From NCBI GenBank assembly GCA_009785595.1, contig WQVZ01000001.1, positions 149 to 64,148 on the forward strand: 64,000 bases of DNA. Reading direction: 5' to 3'. Of the stretch, positions 1 through 8,898 are shown piece after piece (position 1 is the stretch's first letter; the number at the start of each line of letters is the position of its first letter). The position numbers were made by a program, and so were the translations under genes. Below the pieces are notes generated by a model that worked only from the letters and a program-made list of their open reading frames with translations, ran no database searches and was not told the origin of the DNA. Source of the stretch: Defluviitaleaceae bacterium (GTDB lineage Bacteria > Bacillota > Clostridia > Lachnospirales > WRAX01).

Positions 1-445
1 GGCCTTGGTCTATCATGGCCAGCATTTCTTCCTGCGTTGCCCATTTCACCGCCTGCACGTCCTCTTTGGGCATTTTTATGGCGGTTATGTCCACATCAGC
101 CGTCACCACAAAATAATCAATAAAGGCCCCTTCGTTTGTCATGGAGAAATTAGGCCGTTGGCCGGTAAAGTCCATTTGTATGCCCAGCTCTTCGCAAAGC
201 TCGCGACCAGCGGCTACGGCGGATGTTTCGCCGGATTCAACCAGCCCGCCCGCCGTCATTGTCCATTTGCCCGGTGCCCATCTAAGGTGCCCGGCCCGCT
301 GTTGTATCAGCATCTGCCCCGCGGTGTTAAAAATAAGCACCATGGCCACCGTGGCATACTCCCCGGCGGCCTGCTCTTCACCACGGGTGCGTGTTCTGCC
401 TGTTTTTATGCGGTTGCTGTCGTATATATCCCAAATTTCTGTCAT
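1..445 (-). CDS. NUDIX hydrolase, paralog 1 (3' end runs off the window start)
   Basis: Absent from the ORF track because it is open at the window edge. My reverse-strand translation from ATG 445-443 reads MTEIWDIYDSNRIKTGRTRTRGEEQA... and contains the Nudix box GGLVESGETSAVAAGRELCEELGI. GAGGAG lies 7 nt upstream of the ATG. It is collinear with the neighbouring paralog. Confidence 0.75.
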   Translation of the reverse strand, partial: MTEIWDIYDSNRIKTGRTRTRGEEQAAGEYATVAMVLIFNTAGQMLIQQRAGHLRWAPGKWTMTAGGLVESGETSAVAAGRELCEELGIQMDFTGQRPNFSMTNEGAFIDYFVVTADVDITAIKMPKEDVQAVKWATQEEMLAMIDQG

Positions 446-449
446 ATCT

Positions 450-977
450 TTACTCCTCGTCATATTTCAGCGTACTGCGCCTCTCAATAAGGTCAAAGCA
501 CAGGTGTATGGTGCCGTCACGTATAGGCACAAAGCTGCCGTTGGCCATCATATCAAATATCTCGTCTTTTGTGGCCCATTTTACTTGGGCTACTTCTTCA
601 TTGGGTACATTAAGGGCGGCAATATCCACATCTTGGCGCAACAGATAAAAATCGCAAAAAGCGCTGTCGGTATTTATGGTAAAATGCGGGGTGGTGTGGG
701 TAAAATCTGCCGCAATGCCCGTCTCTTCGTAAAGTTCCCTCGCGGCGGCCTGCTGGCTGGTGTCGCCGGATGTGGCCGCCCCGCCCGCTGTAATATCCCA
801 TTTGCCCGCCCAGCCTATTTTGTCGTGCTGGCGTTGCTGTATCAGCATTTGCCCCGCGGTGTTAAACACAGCAACAAAAACCACCAGATGAAACGCCCCA
901 GCGGGTAGTTTTTCGCCTCGCACATGGGTTTCGCCCGTTTTTGCGCGGTTTTTGTCGTATATATCCCAAATTTCCAT
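450..977 (-). CDS. NUDIX hydrolase, paralog 2
   Basis: 175 aa. Nudix box GGAATSGDTSQQAAARELYEETGI (REUXEEXGU present). GGAGG lies 7 nt upstream of the ATG. The stop is only 4 nt before the start of paralog 1. Confidence 0.85.
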   Translation of the reverse strand: MEIWDIYDKNRAKTGETHVRGEKLPAGAFHLVVFVAVFNTAGQMLIQQRQHDKIGWAGKWDITAGGAATSGDTSQQAAARELYEETGIAADFTHTTPHFTINTDSAFCDFYLLRQDVDIAALNVPNEEVAQVKWATKDEIFDMMANGSFVPIRDGTIHLCFDLIERRSTLKYDEE

Positions 978-1064
978 GCCTAGCCCTCCTGTTTACGAGA
1001 TTATAACAAATGGGGCCAAAAATTGCAATAAGTTTACATTTGTACTAAACTTTGCGGAAAACCC

Positions 1065-1092
1065 TTTACATTTCTAATTTTTCGGGTAAAAT
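1065..1092 (+). promoter_or_regulatory. candidate sigma-A promoter for metK
   Basis: TTTACA (1065-1070), 16-nt spacer, TAAAAT (1087-1092). An alternative is TTGCAA 1023-1028 with a 17-nt spacer and TAAACT. Confidence 0.4.
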
Positions 1093-1143
1093 AGATAGTG
1101 CGCAAATTTTGCGCATATTTCCTGCGCAACCAAGGAGGCACCC

Positions 1144-2319
1144 ATGAAAAAACTTTTTACTTCCGAATCTGTCACACGGGGCCATCCCGATAAAATGTGC
1201 GACCAAATATCCGACGCCGTGCTGGACGCTATTTTGGCCCAAGACCCTACGGCGCGTGTGGCTTGCGAGACCATGGCCACCACGGGGCTGGTTTTTGTTT
1301 CTGGCGAAATTACAACCAATTGTTATGTTGATGTGGAAAACATCGTGCGCCAAACAGTGGGCGATATTGGCTATACCCGGGCAAAATACGGTTTTGACTG
1401 CGATTCTTGCGCTGTTATACTATCCATACACGGCCAGTCACAGGACATTGCCCAGGGAGTGGATGTGGCTCTGGAGGCCAAGGCAGATATAAATGGCCAG
1501 GCAGCCATTGGTGCCGGTGACCAAGGTATGATGTTTGGTTATGCCACAGACGAAACCCCGGCTTTTATGCCCTTGCCCATATATCTTTCTCACGAGATTG
1601 TTCGTACACTGGACGAGGCACGCCAATCTGGCCTGTTGCCATATTTGCGACCCGATGGCAAGTCCCAAGTGACTGTGGAATACGATGGCAACACCCCAAA
1701 ACGTGTGCACGCCGTCGTTGTATCGGCACAACATTCTCCTGATGTAGAACACGCCACCATCGAGACCGATATTATTGAAAAAATAGTGCGCTGTGCCATA
1801 CCCGCCCATCTTATGGATGATGCAACGGAATTTTACATAAACCCCACCGGACGCTTCGTAACAGGCGGCCCAAAGGGTGATGTGGGCCTTACCGGGCGCA
1901 AAATTATTGTGGATACCTATGGCGGCTTTGCTCGCCACGGTGGCGGCGCTTTTTCCGGTAAGGACCCCACAAAAGTAGACCGCTCCGCCGCATATGCCGC
2001 CCGCTGGGTGGCAAAAAATATTGTGGCAGCTGGGCTGGCAAAGACCTGCGAAATACAGCTGGCCTACGCCATCGGTGTGGCAAAGCCTGTCAGCGTGGCT
2101 GTAAACACCTTTGGCACAGGCACCATGCCCGATGAAGCTATTTTGGCACTTATCGACGCTAATTTCGACCTTTCAGTCGGTGGCATCATCAGAGATTTAG
2201 ATTTGCGACGCCCTATTTATAAACAAACCGCCGCCTATGGGCATTTTGGCCGCACAGATGTGGATTTGCCATGGGAACAACTTAACAAAGTGGAGGCTTT
2301 GAAGAATGGAAAACCTTAA
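1144..2319 (+). CDS. metK: S-adenosylmethionine synthetase
   Basis: 391 aa. N-terminus [31 protein letters not shown] and the [19 protein letters not shown] segment are typical of MetK. AAGGAGG lies upstream of the ATG. Confidence 0.97.
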   Translation: MKKLFTSESVTRGHPDKMCDQISDAVLDAILAQDPTARVACETMATTGLVFVSGEITTNCYVDVENIVRQTVGDIGYTRAKYGFDCDSCAVILSIHGQSQDIAQGVDVALEAKADINGQAAIGAGDQGMMFGYATDETPAFMPLPIYLSHEIVRTLDEARQSGLLPYLRPDGKSQVTVEYDGNTPKRVHAVVVSAQHSPDVEHATIETDIIEKIVRCAIPAHLMDDATEFYINPTGRFVTGGPKGDVGLTGRKIIVDTYGGFARHGGGAFSGKDPTKVDRSAAYAARWVAKNIVAAGLAKTCEIQLAYAIGVAKPVSVAVNTFGTGTMPDEAILALIDANFDLSVGGIIRDLDLRRPIYKQTAAYGHFGRTDVDLPWEQLNKVEALKNGKP

Positions 2320-2728
2320 AGAAACGGTGTTTTACAAGATAATTCATGGCCAGCTGCCCGCATACAAAATATACGAAGACGATGACTTTTTGGTTATCAT
2401 GGACCGCTATCCCAACAACCTGGGCCACTGTCTTATACTACCAAAAATCCCTGCCCGGGATATTTTCGATCTTAACGACAATTGCGCCGCTAGGCTGTAT
2501 CCCCTGGCAAAAAAGATAGCAAGTGCCGTGATGGACGCCACCGGATGCGATGGGATAAATATCATACAAAACAACAGCAAGGCCGCAGGGCAGGTTATAT
2601 TTTACTTTCATCTGCACATTGTACCTCGCTATCACGAAGATGACATGCGCATAGTCTCCCACCAAAAGGACTTTGCGACAGAAAAATTCGAGGATATGGC
2701 GGAAAAACTGAAGAGGGGGCTGCAATAA
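2306..2728 (+). CDS. HIT (histidine triad) family protein
   Basis: 140 aa. Histidine-triad motif HLHIVPR. The start overlaps the metK end by 14 nt, and GGAGG lies 9 nt upstream. Confidence 0.9.
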   Translation: MENLKETVFYKIIHGQLPAYKIYEDDDFLVIMDRYPNNLGHCLILPKIPARDIFDLNDNCAARLYPLAKKIASAVMDATGCDGINIIQNNSKAAGQVIFYFHLHIVPRYHEDDMRIVSHQKDFATEKFEDMAEKLKRGLQ

Positions 2729-2729
2729 T

Positions 2730-3761
2730 ATGAACAAATCTTTGTTTAAGAAATATATAGCAATTGTGACCTGCCTTATCGGCTCCTTTGCCATAATAGG
2801 CCTGTCGGCGGTTATGGCACACAATTTCACATTGGCTGGACAGACAGGACCGCCAGCTACACAAATCCCAATAAACGGCAATGGTGGCCAAGCCAACCAA
2901 GCAACAGGGCAGGACAATCCGCCGGATGAGCCTGAAGCGCAAGCACTGGATGACCTTAATATATTGGTGTTGGGCCTAGACGACGATAATTTGCCTGATG
3001 TTATTATGATTGTCATGTACGATGGCGAAAACCACGAAATTGACGTAGTTTCTGTGCCTCGTGATACTCAAGTTGTCATGACGCAAACCGAGCGTGACAT
3101 GATGGCCGAAATTGGTAGACGGTTTCCCAGTCATGGTGTAGTGAAAATTAACGAATTGCATGCCCATGCCGGGCGGACCAATGGATACCGCTTGGTCAGT
3201 CACCACTTGGAAAATATGCTGGACATAGAGATTGACTACTATGTAATTATTGAATTAGACGCATTTAAGTACATCGTGGATGCTGTGGGCGGTATATATG
3301 TAGACGTGCCGCCAGGGTTCCGCTATACTGTTACTGGAGGAGCAATTAGAATCGACTTGCCCCCCGGCCGCCAGCGTTTGGATGGCAATATGGCAGAGCA
3401 ATTTGTGCGCAGAAGAAATACGCTTCATGGAGATCTTGACCGTATACGCAATCAGCAGATATTTATGCGTGAATTTTTCACCCAAGTGCTGGGTAGTGAG
3501 GATTTAATGAGTCGTCTACCTGCCTTGGCATCTTCATTTATTACCCATGTGCGTACAGATTTTGGCATATTGAGTGCCCTACGCTATGTAGGTATGGCCG
3601 ATGCCTTAAACCTCGACAGTATCGAATTTCATACATTGCCAGGACATGCCGGCACAGCACTAAACCCTGTAGGTCGTGAGTACAGTTGGTTTTTTGTAGA
3701 TGTAGAGGGATCCAGAGAGCTCATAAGAGAAATTAAAGCCGACAACGCTGCAAATCAATAA
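2730..3761 (+). CDS. LytR-CpsA-Psr (LCP) family cell-envelope protein
   Basis: 343 aa. N-terminal TM segment followed by LNILVLGLDDD...VIMIVMYD...VVSVPRDT and QFVRRR, which is characteristic of the LCP family. Confidence 0.88.
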   Translation: MNKSLFKKYIAIVTCLIGSFAIIGLSAVMAHNFTLAGQTGPPATQIPINGNGGQANQATGQDNPPDEPEAQALDDLNILVLGLDDDNLPDVIMIVMYDGENHEIDVVSVPRDTQVVMTQTERDMMAEIGRRFPSHGVVKINELHAHAGRTNGYRLVSHHLENMLDIEIDYYVIIELDAFKYIVDAVGGIYVDVPPGFRYTVTGGAIRIDLPPGRQRLDGNMAEQFVRRRNTLHGDLDRIRNQQIFMREFFTQVLGSEDLMSRLPALASSFITHVRTDFGILSALRYVGMADALNLDSIEFHTLPGHAGTALNPVGREYSWFFVDVEGSRELIREIKADNAANQ

Positions 3762-3772
3762 ATTTTTATCTA

Positions 3773-3937
3773 CCCTCCCACCAACCCGGCCCCATGACAG
3801 CAAAGCTGTCATGGGGCCGGGTTGGTGGGAGGGCCAGGGGGCCACTTGGGGGCCACCGCGGGCGAAGCCCGCGGTGGCCCCCAAGTGGCCCCCTGGCCCC
3901 AGATTTTTGATGGCCTTCGGCCATCAAAAATCTGGGG
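3773..3937. repeat. triple perfect-palindrome module 1
   Basis: H1 3773-3801/3805-3833 (29 bp, loop AAA). H2 3834-3863/3867-3896 (30 bp, loop GAA, centre GCGAAGC). H3 3897-3915/3919-3937 (19 bp, loop TTC). The hairpins abut with 0 nt between them and have no mismatches (checked by hand). The module lies between convergent genes. Confidence 0.95.
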
Positions 3938-4424
3938 CTTTTAAAAACTTGGTGTGCTTGAGTGCATATCCGGCGATAAGACCTACAAGCACACCAGTAA
4001 GTACTCCGGCTATAATCAGCACAGGAGCATAATAAAACAGGCCCGCGTTTTGCACAATAAGAGCAGCCACTACAATCTGTCCTATATTGTGAAAAACCCC
4101 ACCCCAAACACTTACACCAACCACACCAAAGATTTTCACCCTTTTGGCCAAAACCATGGCAGCATAACTTAAAATACCACCGGACAGACTGTAAGCTACG
4201 CTAAAAGGGGAACCAAAAAGCAACCCTATTGCTACTATGCGCAAGACAGATATGCCAAGAGCCGCTTTGGATCCCATGGCATAAAGGGCCATAACAACTA
4301 TAACATTAGCCAAGCCCAGCTTCACCCCGGGAACAGGTATAGGCATAGGGAAAAGTCTTTCTATATAGGCGGCCACCATAGCCAGCCCGCCCAATATGCC
4401 AAAATATGCTATCTTTTTTGCCAT
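3924..4424 (-). CDS. Gx transporter family membrane protein
   Basis: ORF-track 3924..4466 trimmed to ATG 4424, which has GGGAGAG upstream; the longer start lies inside palindrome module 2. The protein is multi-TM and Gly-rich and resembles the Gx transporter family usually paired with NusG_II proteins. The last codons and the stop lie in the right arm of module 1 hairpin 3. Confidence 0.72.
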   Translation of the reverse strand: MAKKIAYFGILGGLAMVAAYIERLFPMPIPVPGVKLGLANVIVVMALYAMGSKAALGISVLRIVAIGLLFGSPFSVAYSLSGGILSYAAMVLAKRVKIFGVVGVSVWGGVFHNIGQIVVAALIVQNAGLFYYAPVLIIAGVLTGVLVGLIAGYALKHTKFLKAPDF

Positions 4425-4460
4425 CGCGCTCTCCCATTGTTCCACTCTTTTTGTTGATTG

Positions 4461-4631
4461 CCTCAAGGCCGGTTCTACTGTTTCGCGAAGCGAAACAGTA
4501 GAACCGGCCTTGAGGCCTTAGCCCAACCAGAGTGCGCTTTGCGCACTCTGGTTGGGCTAAGGCCTCCCCCTCTCCTCCAGTCATCCCACACCCCCTTTGG
4601 GGGTGTGGGATGACTGGAGGAGAGGGGGAGG
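4461..4631. repeat. triple perfect-palindrome module 2
   Basis: H1 4461-4486/4490-4515 (26 bp, loop GAA, centre GCGAAGC). H2 4516-4537/4541-4562 (22 bp, loop TTT). H3 4563-4595/4599-4631 (33 bp, loop TTT). The hairpins abut and have no mismatches. The module sits between two co-oriented minus-strand genes. Confidence 0.95.
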
Positions 4632-4650
4632 CAAAATTTATATTGCTATA

Positions 4651-5007
4651 TCACGTGCCATTGCGTAATTCCACAATAACGCGGTTTGGCAGGCATGTTA
4701 TGGTTTGCCAAATATTTGAAATCGGCCCCATCCTTATACAATATTGGTCAGGGCAGTCTGCATAAACCATACGCACCCTGCCGCCGCTTATCATTATCTC
4801 ATTATGACCGCGCTCTGTTTTAATACGAAAAATCTCCCCGTCATTTCGCCTGATGTCCACAGCCAAAACCTCCACACCATCTACATGCACCGCCACAACA
4901 GACCCCTCACGTCCGCCTACAATAAGAAAAATAAAAATCAGAGATATGGCCAATAATATGAGTAGCACAATAAGTACCACATCTGCCCGCTTCAAAATCT
5001 CCGCCAC
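4651..5007 (-). CDS. NusG domain II-containing membrane-anchored protein
   Basis: 118 aa with a GTG start. N-terminal TM helix followed by ...CPDQYCIRMGPISNIWQTITCLPNRV, the Cys pattern of NusG_II (former DUF1312) proteins. Confidence 0.75.
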   Translation of the reverse strand: MAEILKRADVVLIVLLILLAISLIFIFLIVGGREGSVVAVHVDGVEVLAVDIRRNDGEIFRIKTERGHNEIMISGGRVRMVYADCPDQYCIRMGPISNIWQTITCLPNRVIVELRNGT

Positions 5008-5071
5008 TGTCGTATTTCCCCCAAGTTTTCATAAACTGATTATACCATACCACAACCCAAGGAGCTTTTCC

Positions 5072-5911
5072 ATGAAAAAATTTGGCCGCTTTCTGTATGC
5101 CCTATACGGTAAAATCAACGAAAATGAGATTTTGCCCCTGGCCACCCAACTTACCTATCGCCTGGTTTTCTCACTGTTCCCATTCATCATCTTTCTAATA
5201 TCCTTGGTAGGTTTTTTTGAAATAGACCCGGAATTTCTATTGGATGAAGTTTCCGGCCTTTTCCCTGCGCAAATAGCCCAGGTGATAAACGATGTTATAT
5301 ATGACGTGGTAGACACCCGCAACCCCAGCATAATGTCCACCAGCTTACTTTTTTATATTTTCACCGTGGCCAGCGGCTTTCGTGCTGTCATGCGAGGCAT
5401 ACACAAGGCCTATGATCAAGAAGACACCCGTAATGCCGTTGTGCGCTGGCTTTACTGTACCTTGCTGGTTATAGCTCTGGCTCTGGCTATTGTCTCTTCC
5501 TTGTTGGTTATCATTTTCGGCGACACCATCTACAGCCTTATTGACCGTTATTTCCACTTCAACGGCTTTTTTGTGGTAATCTTCGGCTTTACCGGGGTGT
5601 TAATAACCATAACCATAATGCTGGCTGTAATTATCCTCATTTATCGCCTATCTTACTCCAAAAAGCAGACCATAATATCCCTGCTGCCGGGTGCTATGTT
5701 TACCCTGGCCGTCTGGGCCATATCCTCTTCGGCCTTTAATTTCTGGGTCAATAACTTCTCGCGCCATTCCCTTATATACGGCTCTATCGCCAGCATTTTC
5801 ATTACCATGCTGTGGCTTAATATCATATCTGCCACAATTTTAATAGGGGCGCAGACCAATGCGTTACTAAGCGTTCATTCGGGCGACCGAGGACGGTCAC
5901 CCCTACAATGA
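5072..5911 (+). CDS. YihY/BrkB family membrane protein
   Basis: ORF-track 4853..5911 trimmed to ATG 5072, which is preceded by AAGGAG. Multi-TM with LTYRLVFSLFPFIIFLISL. The last ~10 codons are encoded by a REP-like hairpin (5881-5908). Confidence 0.8.
   Translation: MKKFGRFLYALYGKINENEILPLATQLTYRLVFSLFPFIIFLISLVGFFEIDPEFLLDEVSGLFPAQIAQVINDVIYDVVDTRNPSIMSTSLLFYIFTVASGFRAVMRGIHKAYDQEDTRNAVVRWLYCTLLVIALALAIVSSLLVIIFGDTIYSLIDRYFHFNGFFVVIFGFTGVLITITIMLAVIILIYRLSYSKKQTIISLLPGAMFTLAVWAISSSAFNFWVNNFSRHSLIYGSIASIFITMLWLNIISATILIGAQTNALLSVHSGDRGRSPLQ
5881..5908 (-). repeat. REP-like hairpin, family copy A1
   Basis: The minus strand reads TTGTAGGGGTGACCGTCCTCGGTCGCCC: an 8-bp stem with one mismatch and a 6-nt loop. 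It overlaps the 3' ends of the convergent yihY-like and comF-like genes. Confidence 0.8.
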
Positions 5912-6571
5912 CGCGACGGCAAAGACGATAAGGCTTACGGACTTTGCCCCGCTGGCTTTCAGCACCCCGACACATTCCGCTACCGTGGCCCCTGTGGTCA
6001 AAATATCATCCACCAGCACCACATCCCTACCCTCCACACAAAAGCCGTCTTTAAGGGCAAAAGCCCCCGCCACATTGGCGGCACGCTGGTGGGGATTAAG
6101 CTCAAACTGTTTTGCCGTGTCCCTTGTGCGCACCATGCCATCATAGGCAGGTAGAGCCATAGGGCCAGAAAGCTCCGCCGCCAGCAAGGCTGCCTGGTTA
6201 AAGCCTCTTTCCTTTATGCGTTTTGAATGCAATGGCACCGGCAGCAAAAAATCCGCATCGATTTTGCCAAAACGGCCAAAAATCAAACCAGCCATAGGGC
6301 GGGCCAGCACCCGCTTGCCTTCGTATTTATACCGAAAAACCGCATGGCGCACCGCCTCGGAATAATCACAAGCGGCGTAAATGCGGCAACCACCTTCGGG
6401 GGCTTTTGTCTCAACACGAGCAGCCATCTCGCAGTCAGCGCACGTAATTTCGGTGGGATTATCCAAAACTTTTCGGCAAAACAGACACTTGTTGGGAAAT
6501 ACCGCCCCATATACCATTTGAAGTGCCACCATTCCGGCGGTTTTTTTAAGCAAGAATTTATCATTCATCAC
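5903..6571 (-). CDS. comFC: ComF family protein (phosphoribosyltransferase domain)
   Basis: 222 aa. N-terminal CxxC...CxxC and C-terminal PRTase motif VVLVDDILTTGAT. The start overlaps the recD2 stop (ATGA). Confidence 0.85.
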   Translation of the reverse strand: MMNDKFLLKKTAGMVALQMVYGAVFPNKCLFCRKVLDNPTEITCADCEMAARVETKAPEGGCRIYAACDYSEAVRHAVFRYKYEGKRVLARPMAGLIFGRFGKIDADFLLPVPLHSKRIKERGFNQAALLAAELSGPMALPAYDGMVRTRDTAKQFELNPHQRAANVAGAFALKDGFCVEGRDVVLVDDILTTGATVAECVGVLKASGAKSVSLIVFAVASL

Positions 6572-8859
6572 ACATCACCATACATCTGCCGGTGTAGCCG
6601 CTCGATACGATATTTTAAGGCGGAATACCTCACACTTTCCCTCACATTGTCCACCATGCGGCGCAATGTACCCGCCACGCCCACAATAACCACCAGCTTT
6701 TTTGCCCGGGTTATAGCAGTGTATAATAAATTGCGGTTTAGCAACATGGGCGGTCCGCTGTGTATGGGCAAAACCACAATGTCATATTCCGATCCCTGGG
6801 ATTTGTGTATGGTTATAGCATATGCCAGCACCAACTCGTCCAGCTGGCTGGTTTCATAATCCACCAGCCTGTCGTCATCAAAGCGCACCTGCACAGCACC
6901 GGCGGTGTCGATGTGGGTTATTATCCCCTCGTCGCCGTTAAACATGCCGCAACCCTCTTCTGCCAAATTCCCCCTATCGTCCATAATACGCCACTGTATG
7001 TTGTAGTTATTTTTTATCTGCATCACTTTGTCTCCCTGGCGAAAAACAAAGCTGCCCATCTGCTTTTCCCCTTTGGCAAATGACGGCGGGTTAAGGGCCT
7101 CTTGCAGCAATATATTAAGATTTGCCACGCCCGCGGCAGACTTTCGCTGGGGCGTAAGCACCTGTATGTCCCGCATAACATCTACCGGCATAAACTTTGG
7201 CAGGCGGCTTGCGGCCAAATCTGCCACGGTGGCCACTGCGCGGTTTATGTCGTGTTCTTGTATAAAGAAAAAGTCCGAATCCTTTTCGTTAAGCATGGGG
7301 TAATCGCCACGATTAACACGATGGGCATTCATAACAATGGCACTTTCGGCACTTTGGCGAAAAATCTCATCCAAATACACCACCCGCACTTTGCCGCTTT
7401 CTATTACATCCCGCAACACATTACCCGCCCCCACCGACGGCAACTGGTTTACATCACCCACCAATATCAGCCGTGTGCCGCGTTTTATACTTTTTAACAG
7501 GCGGAACATCAGCATCACATCCACCATGGAGCTTTCGTCCACAATAACACAGTCCTCTTGTATCATCATGTCGTCGGGCAATTCTTCTTTAGACAGCGGC
7601 CTGTTGCTATCTGTCGTATGGATACCCAAAAGACGATGGATGGTAGACGCAGACATACCCGTGGTCTCGCTCATGCGCTTGGCCGCCCGCCCTGTTGGGG
7701 CGCACAACACAATACGCTGGCCCATTTTGCGCATAATGCGTATGATGGTATTTATGGTAGTTGTTTTGCCCGTACCCGGCCCGCCGGTTATTACCAACAC
7801 GCCATTGGTCAGGGCCTCTTGCACGGCGGTTTTTTGCAGGCGCGCTAGGGTTATGCCGGCTTCGCGCTCGGCTTCGGCTACGTCAGCTTCTACATCGCCT
7901 TGGTCGGTTAGGGCGGTGTTAAGCTCCAAAAGCTTCTTGGCAATATAAATTTCGCCATGGTAGTAGGCAGTAAGGTATATCACAATTTCGGTGTCGTCGT
8001 CAGAAGCCGGGCGATCAGGAACAATCGCCCCTACAATTTTATCCTGCTTGATATCTCCCGCCACTTGCATTTGCAACAGCTGGTTTTCTACCTCTGCCAT
8101 CTCCAAGGCAAGCAACCCCTGTGCTTTCTCCAAAAGCTGTGCCTTTGGCAAATACGTGTGCCCATCACCCAAAGCATCCGACAACACATACTTTACCCCC
8201 GCCCAAATGCGATTAGGTGAAAAATGAGGTATACCCGCCTTGACGGCAATAGCATCTGCAATTTTAAAACCTATGCCAAAAATATCCTCTGCCAGCACAT
8301 ATGGGTTGGTTTTTACCACGTCTATGGCGTGTATGCCATACCGCTTGCAAATTTTATCACTTTGGCCCACGGTAAGCCCCAGACCCTGCAAATACATCAT
8401 GGTATTGCGCTGGGCGGATTTTTCTATAAATTCCTTGCCAATATCCCGCGCCAGCTTCATGGTTATGCCTTTTATCTCTGACAGCCGCTCCGGCTCGTTT
8501 TCTATCACATCAAATGCCGCCAGGCCAAATTTGTCCACAATAAGCTTGGCCCGCTTGGCCCCAACGCCCTTAATAGCACCGCTGGCCAGGTATTTTTCCA
8601 TGCCGGACACGGTTTTGGGCATAATGCGCTCTATTGCCTGCACCTTAAACTGCTGGCCGTAGGTGGGGTGTACAACAAAAAGGCCCGTCAGCCTAACGTC
8701 CTCTCCCTCGTTAACCAGCGTGCCCGCCGTGCAGGTAATTTCCTGCGTTCCATCGCCCTCGTCCAACTCTCGGTTTATCACAAAAACAGAAAAGCCCGTC
8801 GCGTCGCTTTGGTATATTATGTTTTCCACATTACCTTCAATGGTTTCGATTTGCTCCAT
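6568..8859 (-). CDS. recD2: RecD2-type SF1B ATP-dependent DNA helicase
   Basis: 763 aa. Walker A ITGGPGTGKTT, LILVGDVNQLPSVGAG and C-terminal AITIHKSQGSE. Confidence 0.92.
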   Translation of the reverse strand: MEQIETIEGNVENIIYQSDATGFSVFVINRELDEGDGTQEITCTAGTLVNEGEDVRLTGLFVVHPTYGQQFKVQAIERIMPKTVSGMEKYLASGAIKGVGAKRAKLIVDKFGLAAFDVIENEPERLSEIKGITMKLARDIGKEFIEKSAQRNTMMYLQGLGLTVGQSDKICKRYGIHAIDVVKTNPYVLAEDIFGIGFKIADAIAVKAGIPHFSPNRIWAGVKYVLSDALGDGHTYLPKAQLLEKAQGLLALEMAEVENQLLQMQVAGDIKQDKIVGAIVPDRPASDDDTEIVIYLTAYYHGEIYIAKKLLELNTALTDQGDVEADVAEAEREAGITLARLQKTAVQEALTNGVLVITGGPGTGKTTTINTIIRIMRKMGQRIVLCAPTGRAAKRMSETTGMSASTIHRLLGIHTTDSNRPLSKEELPDDMMIQEDCVIVDESSMVDVMLMFRLLKSIKRGTRLILVGDVNQLPSVGAGNVLRDVIESGKVRVVYLDEIFRQSAESAIVMNAHRVNRGDYPMLNEKDSDFFFIQEHDINRAVATVADLAASRLPKFMPVDVMRDIQVLTPQRKSAAGVANLNILLQEALNPPSFAKGEKQMGSFVFRQGDKVMQIKNNYNIQWRIMDDRGNLAEEGCGMFNGDEGIITHIDTAGAVQVRFDDDRLVDYETSQLDELVLAYAITIHKSQGSEYDIVVLPIHSGPPMLLNRNLLYTAITRAKKLVVIVGVAGTLRRMVDNVRESVRYSALKYRIERLHRQMYGDV

Positions 8860-8871
8860 AGTCAGTCCTTA

Positions 8872-8898
8872 TTGTAGAGGCGATCGTCCCGGTCGCCC
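8872..8898 (+). repeat. REP-like hairpin, family copy A2
   Basis: TTGTAGAGGCGATCGTCCCGGTCGCCC: a 7-bp stem including one G:T pair. It lies between the methyltransferase stop and the recD2 start and is antisense to local transcription. Confidence 0.7.

Noticed and set aside
978-1143. An expected SAM-I (S-box) riboswitch upstream of metK.
   Set aside because: I could not find the conserved S-box core helices or sequence in this 166-nt leader. It is reported instead as an unusual leader, and a covariance-model search is needed to be sure.
3766-4107. Long G/P/R/A/W-rich ORFs running through the palindrome modules on both strands. Examples are 3766..4107(-), 3811..4032(+), 4306..4584(-), 4532..4765(+), 26015..26479(-), 26287..26619(+), 33210..33416(-) and 33229..33444(+).
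   Set aside because: They are mirror-image translations of perfect inverted repeats. They have low-complexity composition, no SD and no recognisable domains, and they appear symmetrically on both strands. They are artefacts of the palindromes, not genes.
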